Source of the DNA: Geosiphon pyriformis uo1
Taxonomy: Eukaryota > Fungi > Glomeromycota
Reading direction: 5' to 3'
Assembly (NCBI GenBank): GCA_016748015.1
Contig: JAAOMT010000076.1
Span: 331,574-395,573, forward strand
DNA: 64,000 nucleotides
This document shows positions 40,681-52,300 of the stretch, piece by piece. The notes beneath the pieces were generated by a model. The model saw nothing but the letters and a program-made list of their open reading frames with translations. It was not told where the DNA came from and made no database searches. The translations under genes and the position numbers were made by a program. Positions within the stretch are counted from its first letter, which is position 1. Each line of letters opens with the position of its first letter.

Positions 40681-40915
40681 ATTTGTGACCTCGGATTATT
40701 TCAATCTACAACAATGAAGCAACAACAGCAACATCAAACTTAGAAACAACAGCAGGAGTGGAGAAATAGATATATGAAGTGATCCCATACATTCGACCAG
40801 AAATTTTCAGAGAAGAAAAGTTTACTATGGCTGGTGATATTTATAGTTATGAAATGTTTATTATAGAAATTGGCAACAAGAAAGCCTTTCTTTCATAATT
40901 GTTTCCATGATCAAA
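40681..40915 (+). pseudogene. Tyrosine-kinase-like protein kinase fragment (subdomains VII-IX)
   Basis: ICDLGLFQST ... IYEVIPYIRPEIFREEKFTMAGDIYSYEMF..ELATRKPF.FHNCFHDQ, with a stop and frameshifts. It matches the IYGVIPY.PPE...DIYS.G..MWELATGKPPF pattern of the kinases expanded in Glomeromycotina. It is cut off by the AT-rich block. Confidence 0.85.
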
Positions 40916-40919
40916 TTCC

Positions 40920-43900
40920 TAAATTAAAATATAACTATAATAAATTTTTAACAACAATTGAATTTAGATAACCAAAAAATAAAACAAGTTTGACTATTAA
41001 TTTGAAAAACCAAAATTTTAATTTTAAAAATAATACAACCAAACAAAAAATTACCCAATTTGGGTTTTAAAAATATTATAAAAAATAATTTTTTTTTGTT
41101 TAAAAAATTTTAATCCTGTTTTTATTAACACAAATTAACAAACAAAAACAGTTTTAAAAAATTCAAAAATTTTAAATTAAATAATAGTATATTATTAAAA
41201 ATTAATAAATTTTAGTTTAACACTAATATATTTACTAAAAATATTCTTAATACTATTAAAAAATATTATAAAAAAGCAAAAAGAAAAATTATAAAATTTA
41301 TTACAATATTAAGAATGACAAAAAAAATAAAATTATCAAATTGAATTTTAATAGTGGTATTTAAAAAATTCTGAAATATAATTTTCATATAAAAAATTTA
41401 ATATTATTTTTAAAAACCAATTTATATTAATAAAATCAAACAAAAATTAAACCACTGTCTTTATTTAAATTATCTTAATCTTAACAGTTATATTAAACAC
41501 CAAAACAAAAATCATTTATTTAGAAAGCTTTTAACAATTACTAATTGTTTTAAGTTCTATAAAATTAATAACATTTTTAAAAACCAAAAAAAATGTTTAA
41601 TTTCTATTTTGTTAATTTAATTTTTGTAATTTATTAATTAAATTTATATGTAAAAACATAATTTGTTTTGTTTTTAAAACCAGCAAAAATTAATTAAACC
41701 TAAATATATTAAACAATACAGCTATATACTAATTTAAATTAACTTTTGCAAATATATTGCTATTATTATTATTTAAAATAGAAAAAAATTTGTTGTTTTA
41801 ACCAAAATAGAATTAAATACTATAATTACTATTATTGGAATAAAGCTTACTAAATTACCAAAAAATTAAAAAAGACTAATAAATAAATTTAACTTTAATA
41901 AGAAAATTAAATTTGTAGAAATTTAATATACAAAATTAGTTTTATAAATATTTCAGTTGCTATTTTTTTAAAAGATAAAAAAATAGTTTGTATTATTAAT
42001 AAAAGATAATATAAATATTGTAATTATATGTCTTATGTTGGTATTTTTATAATTTAATAACAGATATTATTTATATATTTTAGTAAACATTTATTCAATA
42101 TACTTTATAAAGCTAACAATATACAAATTAAGAAAAAAAATAATAAAATAATTAAGATAATCAAAAATTAAAAGTTTAATCATACCAGTAGTATTTTAAA
42201 AAAAAAATATATGTTTTTTAGCAACAAAAAACTCCTTTATATTTAATTTATTTAAAAATAATGATTTGAAAATATTATTTAGCTGTTTTTATTGTTAAAT
42301 AGTCTTTTTAAGTAGTAATATTATTAAAGACTATAAAAAAACAAATGTTGTTTCTTTTTTACTTTTTGTTTTAGCCGTAATTATAAAAATATAAAAAAAA
42401 GCTTTTTATTTTAATAAAAATCTTTATTTATGGTGAAATTTTTTTAAAATTAATGTAAAAATTATAAGTTATTTAATATTTTACAAAATTTTATAAATTT
42501 TTTTTAATGACTTTAAAAAACTACCAAATTTGTAAAAAAATTATTAATTATGTTATTATTATTATATAATAAAATAATACCAAATTTAATTTTAAATTTT
42601 AAAAATTTTTAAGCATATTAATATTTTAAACTTCAAAAATAGAATTTAAGAATTTAAATTTTTTTTATTATTTGTAGAAAAAATAATTCAAGTTATTACA
42701 GATTATATTAAATTAGTTAAATTTTGAAACCCAAATTTTTTTTAAAAATTAACTTAGAATTAATAATAGCAATAATTGCTTTTTTAAAGAACGAGTTTTA
42801 ATAATAATCATATTTATAACATTTTTTGAACTTAAAAAATATTTAATTTTGTTAATTAATACTAATTGTTATTTTTAATTTAATATAATTAATATTTTTT
42901 TGTAAATATTATTTATATTAATTATAAATATTTTAAGAATAATAATAATTAACAAAAATTATAATAAAATAAAGAATTTTTGATAATTAATTTTAAAAAT
43001 TGGTTTAAAAATTCTAAACAATAATAAATTTAAATAAATATTAATAAAGTATAATATTTTATTAATATTTAAATATTGTTAATAAACATAATAATAATAA
43101 TAAATTATTAAAAAACTCTTTTTTTTTTGTATTTTCATAATTACAACTAAAACAAAAATAAAAAAAAGTTTTTTTTTGTATTTTTATAATCACAATTAAA
43201 ACAAAGAGTAAAAAAGTTGTAGCTTCTTTATTTTCTAAAGCAATTAAAAATATTTTTGCTAATAATATACTTAAAGCTATAACAACTGCTTAATAGTACT
43301 CTGTATAAATACTTTTTTAAATAAAATAGTTGAAAGCCAGCTTTTTGTTGATTTAAAAATATTTTTTTCATTTTTGGTTAAAAATCTTTTCTTTTTGAAA
43401 AATTTATTAAAAAAATCTATTTGAGTAACTTTGATATAGTTTTTTTTTCATCAAAAATTTTAAAATGTTTGATAAAAAGCTGGTAACTAAATTATTTTTT
43501 TCTTCTATTTTTTTTTACTACTGCTTAAATAACCAAAAAATTAACAGCCAAAAAACAATTTCTTCAATTTGCTGTTATTATTTAATAGCAATTTTTTTAA
43601 AATCTTTTTTCTGGTATTTTTAATGTTTCAAAGCCAGTTTTTTCTTTTGTTTGTTGTTAATTCTGTATTATTTGTACTAATTATAATATTTAGTTTTATT
43701 GTGGCTATATATAAGAAAAAATCTTTTATTTTAAACAATAACAATAGAACCATATTGTTTAATATTAGTCTGAATTAGTTTTTGGCTGTATTATTTGATA
43801 TAAAAATTTCTGGCCGGTTTTTTTTGGTTTTAAAAATAAAACAAAACAGATTTTTTTAATTAATTTATTAAATTACTTTATCTTTAAAATTAAGCTAATC

Positions 43901-46900
43901 TAATAAAATTAAATTAATTTCTCTTTTTTTTGTTTTCTAATAATGCTGTTTTTGATAGCATTTGGAAAACAATTACTAGTTATTAAAAATTTACTAAGTA
44001 AATAGTTTTTATTTTAGTGTTTTGTAAAATATGTTCAAAAGTATTACTATTGTTATTGTTAAATATAGTATATTAACGGATAACAAAAAGAACAGTATTG
44101 TATAATGATAAAATGATAAAATGATAATTCAACTTTTAATGAGCGAATTGAATTAGTAAAAATTCAATGTGGAAGATTAGTTTCATAAATATTTCAGTTA
44201 TTATTCTTTTTAAAAATAACAGAAAAATCTGAAGATAAAAAGATAGTACATATTGTTAACAAAAGATAACATATTGGTATAATTCTAGGCTTTATATTAG
44301 TGCTTTTAGAATTTAATATTAGGTATTATTTGTATTTTTAATAAATGTTTTATTCAATATACTTCACAAAAACTAGTTGTAGAACAAAAAGAACCTTTCT
44401 CTGAAGAAAGAAAAGTGGACATTGAAAATCTGTTGGCTAGGAATAGCCAAGTTATCTCAAAAGAAAGTAATAATTATACAAAAAAAAATAAAGAATTAAT
44501 ATTATTGTATTGATTTAAATATGGATTCTAGTGTGAATTGTTTTTTATATCTTTAAAAAATTTTATTTATATACTCTTAAAAAAAATTAATAATTAAGTT
44601 AATAATTACATCAATAATTTAATCAATAATTAGATTAATGATCAAGCTAATAATTAAATAACTAAATTAATAATCTAGTTATTAATCAAGTTAATGATTA
44701 TATTAACAACTAATTTTAAAAATAAAATGGTTAATTAATAATATTAATGACTAATAAATATGATTACAATGGTTAAGTGAATAAATAAAAAATAAAAAAT
44801 AAAATTTCAATTATAATTCTATTATAATATTAAAAATACTTTCAGTATTTTTGGTAAAATTTTTTAAGTTATATTAACACTTACTGATATTTAGTAATAC
44901 GCTATTGTTTATTTTAAGTTATTCAATTATTTTTATAATTAATTAATTTTAATAAACAAAAACAGCATTAGAATTTTTTTCTTATTAATTAAAAAGTAAT
45001 TATTATTTTTAAATATTTTTAAAGCCAAATTAATCAATTTTTTTGGCTATATTATTTTTAAAATTAACAATTTGATTTTTCAAGTTTGTAATTATGTTTG
45101 TTTTATTTTTTATTTTTTTAATACTGTTTAATAATTATAATATACTATTATTGTTTTTGGTTTTAAGATAAATTTAAATGCTGCAATTATTAATATTAAT
45201 ATCTTGAAAAAATATTATATCTAATAAAAACTCTTGGCTGTTAATATTTTTTCAAGTAGAAAGTTCTGATTAATTGATCAGAAACTGTAAAGCTGTTTTT
45301 TTCTAGTTTTGTTAAGATTTTTATTAAAAATTTGAATTAAAAAAAATAATTTTATTGATTTAATTTTATATTTGCAGATTATTTTTAAAGTAATTGTATT
45401 TATTTTGTTGTTGTTAATACTAAGACCAAATTTAAATTAGATTTCTTAGAATTTCAAATCTCAAATTTAATTGTATTGATAAAATTTATTATTAAACCAA
45501 TTAGTTTTTTGGATATTTTAATTAACTTTTTTTGGCTGTAAATAATTATAAAAGTTATATAATAAAACTTAATTTATTATAATAAATAGTATTATAAAAA
45601 GTGTTACTGTAATTCTGACTAGTCTGTTTAAGAATTTATTATTTTTAATTTTAAAATGAATTTTGGTTAAATAAATAAGAATGAATAAATTCTGTCATAA
45701 TATTTCTTTTAAGTACTTTAATCTTTGAATATTTAATATTACTGTAATAAATAAGTCATTTTAATATTAAAAATAGTATAAAAAACTTGATTGTTTTTAA
45801 ATAAGTTTATTTTTAATAGTTAAAATTTGAATAATTATATTGATAAACCTAGTAGATTGAATTTATTTTTATTTTTTTCTGATTTAACATAATTAATTAT
45901 ATATAAAAAGTACAAAAATTACAGCTATTTTAATTTTTTCGAATTTTATACTATAATTAATAATTAAAATATATTTTATTAAAGTATAATAATAATAATA
46001 AAAAGTAAAAAAGTTGCCACTTTTTTATTCTTTAAAGCAATTAATAGTATTTTTATTTGTCAAGTATTTGCAATTGTTAAAACTGCTTAACAGCATTTTA
46101 TAGAAACATTTTTCTTAAATAAAGTAATAATAAATTAGTTTTTATTAATTCTTAAACACTATTTTTGTCTTTGGTTAAAAAGTTTTTTTCTTTCAAAATT
46201 TCTTTAAAAAACCTATTTAAAATAGTTTTGGAATGGTTTTTGTCTTTTTTAAAAGTCTTAAAATATTTAATAACAACTTTTTTAATTTTTTTTAGAAGGT
46301 TTTTTATGCTATTTTTAATGTTTTAAAGCCAGTTTTTTTTGTTTTTTCTCGGTTTTTTGCTGATTTTGTATTATTAATACCAATTATAATATTTAATTTT
46401 TTATTCTAAACAATAATAATATATTAGTCTATTTTAATTTGAATTAGGTTCTAATTGGTTCTAAAATTAAATTAATTTATATTTTTGTATATAAATTATT
46501 TGATTAACTTATTGAATTTAATTAAAAAAATTAATCTAATTAAATAGAAATTGAAAATTTTTTTTCTTTTTTCTTTTTATTTTCTAATAATACTATTTTT
46601 AATGTATTTAAAAAACAAATATTAATTATTTAATAAATAGCTTCTATTTTAATATTTAGTGTTTTTTTAAAATAAAATTAGTTTATATTAAGATTATTTT
46701 TTGTTTGTATAAAATTTACATTTTAAATCTTTTTTAATGCTGTTATTGAAATTAAGCTTGCTGATTTCTATTTTATATAACTTTGAAAATTGCTAAATTT
46801 TTTGTAGTATTTGTTGTTATTTCTGTTTCTATTGTTATTTTGTATAATATTTTTTAAAATTATTAAAAACAATATTAAGTATTTTTGGTATAATTCTCAA

Positions 46901-47300
46901 AGTTAATTTAAACTTTGCTAATTAATAACAATATACTATTAAAAATTTAAAAATTCTAAAGCTGTTAAAACTGTTCTTGCTTATTAGTTAGTTTTAATAA
47001 TAAAAAAAAAATTTTCATAAAAAAAGTATTGTTTTTTATACTGTTTTCTGTAATCAGAAAATTTTTTGTATTATAATAATTTAAAACATTTAAATCAAAT
47101 ATTTTCATGTTAATAAAATAGTTCTTTATTAATTAAGATTGAAAATTTATAAATAATTATTAAGTATAATATACAACTTATTAAAAAAAATACACAATAT
47201 TTTTAATTTATTTTAATTAGAATAACAATATTAATAAAGCACTATTATAAATTAATTATTAAAAAAATTAAACTCTAGTTTTCAGCTTTAAACTAATTTA
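40920..47300. mobile_element. Nested, heavily mutated copies of an unassigned repeat family
   Basis: Internal homologies: 41060-41380 (+) with 46720-47060 (-); 43190-43480 with 45990-46280 (direct); 41945-42120 with 44185-44380. The block is almost free of CpG. The class cannot be assigned with confidence. Confidence 0.55.
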
Positions 47301-47639
47301 ATTAATTTATTAATTAAGATATAAATTTAGATAAAATAATTGATTATGAAATTTCAGACTATTCAAATTAATTTATTAAAATTAGTTAATAAGTAATGTA
47401 AAATTTTTTGAATATAAAAAAAACCAGTAATAATTTTTCAAATAGATTAACACCAGCTATAAATTAATTTTCTTTTCTTATACCTTTGTTTTATGTTTAA
47501 TTTTTAGTTATTTTCTTAATTGTTTATTATGTCTCTAAAAATAATTGATCTTGTTTAAATAATTATAACATTATAAGTAGTTTACCAAAAAAAAACATTC
47601 ACTTAAAAATGTTTTGGTACAACAGAAATATACTTGATT

Positions 47640-50220
47640 ATTTTATTTCAAAATACTATTTCTAAATCAAAAATTCGCTTATTTAAGAAATTTAATGATA
47701 ATTATTTAAAGTTCTAAAATTTTGTTAATCAGATTTAATTTATTATTAAACTTGATTTTTACTAATACCTAAATAATACTAATTAAGTTAAGCTTATTTA
47801 TATGCTGTTATACATACAGTTCTTATTTGGTTTGAATAAAAAAAAGAAAATAAATAGAAAACAGTCTTGCAAACATGTTATAATTATTTTGAATATTTAA
47901 TAATACTATTTGAATTAATAAATATATTTGCTGTTTTCTAATATTTATTAAACAATATTTTTTGGAATTGTTTGAATTATTTTGTAATGCGTTATTTCAA
48001 TAATATTTTGATCATAAAAAACATGTTTGTATAATTTAAAACATTTAAGACAATATATATTATATGTTTAATTAGAAAAAATATAAATTTAATTAATCTC
48101 ATATTGATTTTTTAAAATATTTTATTTCTTTAAAAAGTATTTCTATAGATCAAAGTAAAATTTAGATAACTTTAGATTGGATATATTCTGTTGTTTAAAA
48201 AATGTTAAGAAAATTTTCAGTTTTTATTATTGATTTATTCGAAATTATTCTAAATTATTAAGTCTTGAAAAAAGTCTTTATTACAGTTTTTGTTCTGGTT
48301 TATGCTAATTTTACTATAATAGAAATACTTTAAACTTTGTTTTAGAACAGTACTATTACAGTCTGGATCTAATAAGAGTTTACATTTTGTCACTTAAACA
48401 AGTTTTTTGCCCAAAAAATTAATTATTAAGTGTATAATAAAGAAGTATTAGCAATTATTATTACTTTTAAACAGTTAATAGTATTAACTAAATTAAAATT
48501 AAGGTTAATAGTCAATATTTATAACGATTTTAAATTTATAATTTCTTATCATTCTGGTTTATTGTAAAATAAGACAGATTTTTATTTATATTACTAAGAA
48601 TTTTAACTTAAAATATAATTAATAACAAACCATATTATTAAAGTCTAAACAATTTAAAATTACAGATACTTTAATTGTCTGTTTAAATCTAAATCTTTTT
48701 AAAGCAATTAAATAATTTATAGCTATACATATGTAGATTTAAAATACAATAAATAATCTTTCTGTTGTTTGTTTTTTATCAGAATTTAAATATGAAAATG
48801 GAGTTATATTTTGATTTATTTTCCAAAAAATTGGAAAAAATATAAAAAATTTATGATAATCAACTTACCAGCCATTTTGGAATTAATAAAATAGTTAAAT
48901 TGGTTGCAAAAAATATTAAAGGCCACAACAGTATTAATTTATAAAAAAATATGTGAAATCTTGCAATATTTGTTTTAGGTTTAAAGCTTTTATTATAATT
49001 TTTTTGAATTGATACACTTATTCTTTATTTTAAAACGTCTTTGAAATTCATTTCAATATATTTATAGCAGACTTGTTTTTGGTAAACAAAAAGAATTCAA
49101 TTCTAATTATAATGAATAGTTGATTAAGATAATCTATTTTATTTCTTGTACAAAAACTGAAATTTCCAAAAATATTACTTAGTTAGTTTTCCAAAATATT
49201 GTTAAATTTCACAGTCTTTTAAATAAAATAACTTCAGATTATAAACCATAATTTATTTCTCAATTTTGGAAAAAACTTTTTAAATCTTAAAGTATTCAGA
49301 TCTTTTTTTTCCAGTTTTTTATTCTTAACCCAATAGTTAAACCAAACAGATTAATCAATCTTAGAACAACATTTGTAATATTCTATCAATTATTAACAAG
49401 ACAATTGGCTTAACTTGCTGTTACTAACCGAGTTTATATACAATAATATCATTCAGCTTTAATTAAAGTAACACTATTTTTGTCAATTATAAATAAACAC
49501 ACTTCAGTTTTTTAGTAGTTGAAGAATGGATAAATTTTTTAACTAAGAAATATATTGTTTAAATAAAAAAATTCAGAGAAATTTGAGTTTCGAATTTAAA
49601 AACAGTATTAAACAGTATATCAAAATAATAAATTAGTTGATAAAAAAAACTTTAATACTTAAAATAGACAAAAAAACATAGTTTTGCATTAGAATATCAA
49701 AACAACTAAGTTTTATAAGAAGTTACAATAAGAGTCTAGAATTATTTTCAGTTGTTTGGCAAGTAAATTCAGTTTTTTATAAATAAAAATTATTTAAATA
49801 TCTTAAAATTTATAATTTTTTTCAATTTTATTTTGAACTAACTATTCTAGACTGTAATAAAAATTTTCTTTACCTGTTAAAATTAAAAAATACTGAATTT
49901 AAAGTTAAAAAATTTTAAACTCCAAAAAATAGGAAGACAATTAACTATCTAATTTTTTAAAAAAGCCATTTAATCTTTAAGTCACTTGAAAATATGCAAA
50001 CATTGTGAAGAATTTGTTTAGATTAGTTAAAAATTTTGTAAGTGTTATTCTAACAAATCTATCATAGTAAAAAAACATTATTTGAAGAAAAAATAATATT
50101 ATGAGTTTGTAATATATCAGAAAATTCATTGAATATAATAAAATGCTCTAATTGACTGACTATTAGGTTAGTTAATAATAAGATTTAAAAGAGAGTCGAA
50201 ACAGTCTTGATTCTTAAGTA
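47640..50220 (+). mobile_element. Degenerate chromoviral Ty3/Gypsy element A (RT-RNase H-integrase-chromodomain-PPT-3'LTR start)
   Basis: RT: K*KTVLQTCYNYFEYLIILFELINIFAVF*YLLNNIF...YFNNILI (YLDD>YFNN at 47993-48004). RNase H: NY*VYNKEVLAII. Integrase: SHFGINK..YVKSCNIC, ITSDYKP*FISQFWK, *QDNWLNLLLLTEFIYNN. Chromodomain at ~49895-50060 (EFKVK...NYLIF*K...T*K). A purine tract is followed by TATTATGA at 50097, which I read as a mutated TG- LTR start. Confidence 0.9.
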
Positions 50221-51895
50221 AATTAATAAAAAAATGTAAAAGACATTATGAGTTCTAAAATGTACTGGCAGTTTTAACTTATAAGTTACAGGATTAATCT
50301 AACAAGTTATTTGAGATTCTTATAATCTAATTTGTTATAAAGTTGAATTATTTTAATGTTGTATTTCAAAAGCCAAACTTTATTATCTATTCCTTATATT
50401 TATTTATACTATTTTCAAGCTTAAAAGTTAATTATTTTTGAATCTCTTAAATCTTAGTAATGCACCTCTAGCAGAAAAGTTACTAATTCTCCAATCACAA
50501 AAGTATTGATTCAAGAATTTCATCTATAATTGGTAACAAACAACATTGTTTTAATTAAGGTTTAAAAGATATTATTATATGTTAATTCTGTTAATAGTAG
50601 TAAATTAAGCCAGTTATTTTGTTGGTAATTCACAGAACATTGCAAGTACTGTTTTAAAATTTGATTCGTATATTCAGTTTAATCATCAATTTAACAGTGA
50701 AATTCTAAAAATAGCAAAATATTAGTACTAAGCAGTTCAAAAAACACTTTCAGAATCGAGACACAAATTAAAAACTGTGATCTGAAACAATTCCATTTGA
50801 AAACTGTGTAACCGTATAATATTGGAAAATTAATTGAGCTGTTCCTCTTAGATTATATTTTTTAAGCATAAAATAAAATAAGCTGTTTTGCTTAAATAAG
50901 CTATTACTACCAAAACTACATTTTTTCTCTAATTATAAATAGCTCTATTACAAAATTTATAGAAATTGATCTTTAAGGCCATTCAAAATAGACAGAGGTC
51001 TTAATAAACCAAAAAACAAATGATGAAAAGTTTAAACTAAAAAGAGATATTACATAATTTTACATAAATTTTCACAAACTTTTCTTGTTGTACCACTAAA
51101 TTTTCTAGCAACTAACCCAATAGTTTTATCAATTTCAAAGTGTCTAACAAACAGGTTATTATGGCTTTTTTCAAGACTTACTATTGTTTTAAATCTTCTA
51201 AAACATAGATTTGAATATTGTAAAAGAGGAATCTATTAGTATGCTTAATTTTATGGTGAATAAAATAGAATTTGAATATTATTAATAACTCTTTCAGCAA
51301 AATTAACAATACTTATAGCTTATTTGATTTTTTTAAGAAACTATAAATAAATTCAGAAAGAAAAAAATATAACAACTTTTAATTCGCTTTGTTTTAAGTA
51401 ACATAATGTTTTTTTAGTTCAAATTTTGAGCAACATAAAAGAACATTTGTTTTGCTCTATAAGAACTGAGATAATAAAAAATTTTAAAATTAAAATCTGC
51501 CAAAAAAATTGACTACTGAGCTTAATGCCAATTGAGTATTTGAATTATTATAAAATACTAGGGATTTTATAATTACAAAAGACAACAACTGAATGTTGAA
51601 TATTAACAAAATTGTAACACCATTGTTTAAAAGCAGCAATAATTGTCAACAGCTTATTATTATAAATTTTATAATTATTTTCTTGAACAGAAAATTTACA
51701 TTAATAAAAAGCAATAAGATATAATTAATTATTCAATTCTGATTGTAATAAAATAGTTTCAAAAGTATGTGGTTTAACAAGATCAGCATAAATAAATTTA
51801 AGAACAGAAATAAAGCTTGCTTCAAAAATTTAAATGCATTATAAGCTTAAGATAACTATGTAAATAATTTTTTTTCATGTCAAAGCAGCTATATT
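50221..51895 (-). mobile_element. Degenerate Ty3/Gypsy element B, RT thumb-RNase H-integrase-GPY/F segment
   Basis: RNase H: LYLIAFY*CKFSVQENNYKIYNNKLLTIIAAFKQW. Integrase: GLLRPL..EWP*RSISINFV, NGIVSDHSF*FVSRF*K, *TEYTNQILKQYLQCSVNYQQNNWLNLL. GPY/F region: DNKVWLL...INPVTYKLKLP..RTHNVFYIFLL, ending at 50221. Confidence 0.9.
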
Positions 51896-51959
51896 ATAAT
51901 AAAACAAGGAGGACCAGTAAAACCACGTAACAAGCAAGCAAATAGCTAACCAAGAAATA

Positions 51960-52300
51960 AATATCAACTATATTCGAATTTTATTTTGACTTGGTTTTAT
52001 TTTATTGAATAAATGAATCATTTCTATTTATTTAACTCGAAGATACTATTGAGTTTGAAGTTAATAAAATTTTGGATCAAAAAGAGTTAAGAAACAAATA
52101 AGATACCTAGTTTTTTGGAACAGATCATTTTAGGAATTTGTAGAAGATATAATGAATGTTTATCAATTAGTTTGAGCATTTTATGCTTATTGTCCAAATA
52201 AATATATCTTTCTGAAGGAATATTACTAAACAAAAAGATAATATTACGAGAAAATGGTTAACCATGGGAATTTCAAACTATTCTAGAATATTTTTGCATT
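51960..52300 (+). mobile_element. Ty3/Gypsy chromodomain, PPT and 3'LTR start (probable 3' end of element B)
   Basis: LEDTIEFEVNKILDQKELRN/RYLVFWN..*EFVEDIMNVYQLV*AFYAYCPNK at 52036-52202, then CAAAAAGATAA and TATTACG at 52242. Confidence 0.8.

Noticed and set aside
3858-43778. Many 60-90 aa I/L/F/K/N-rich ORFs in AT-rich blocks (e.g. 3858, 4215, 12270, 33673, 36125, 43569)
   Set aside because: Their composition is what random AT-rich sequence gives, many start on TTG/GTG, and they lie in repeat relics.
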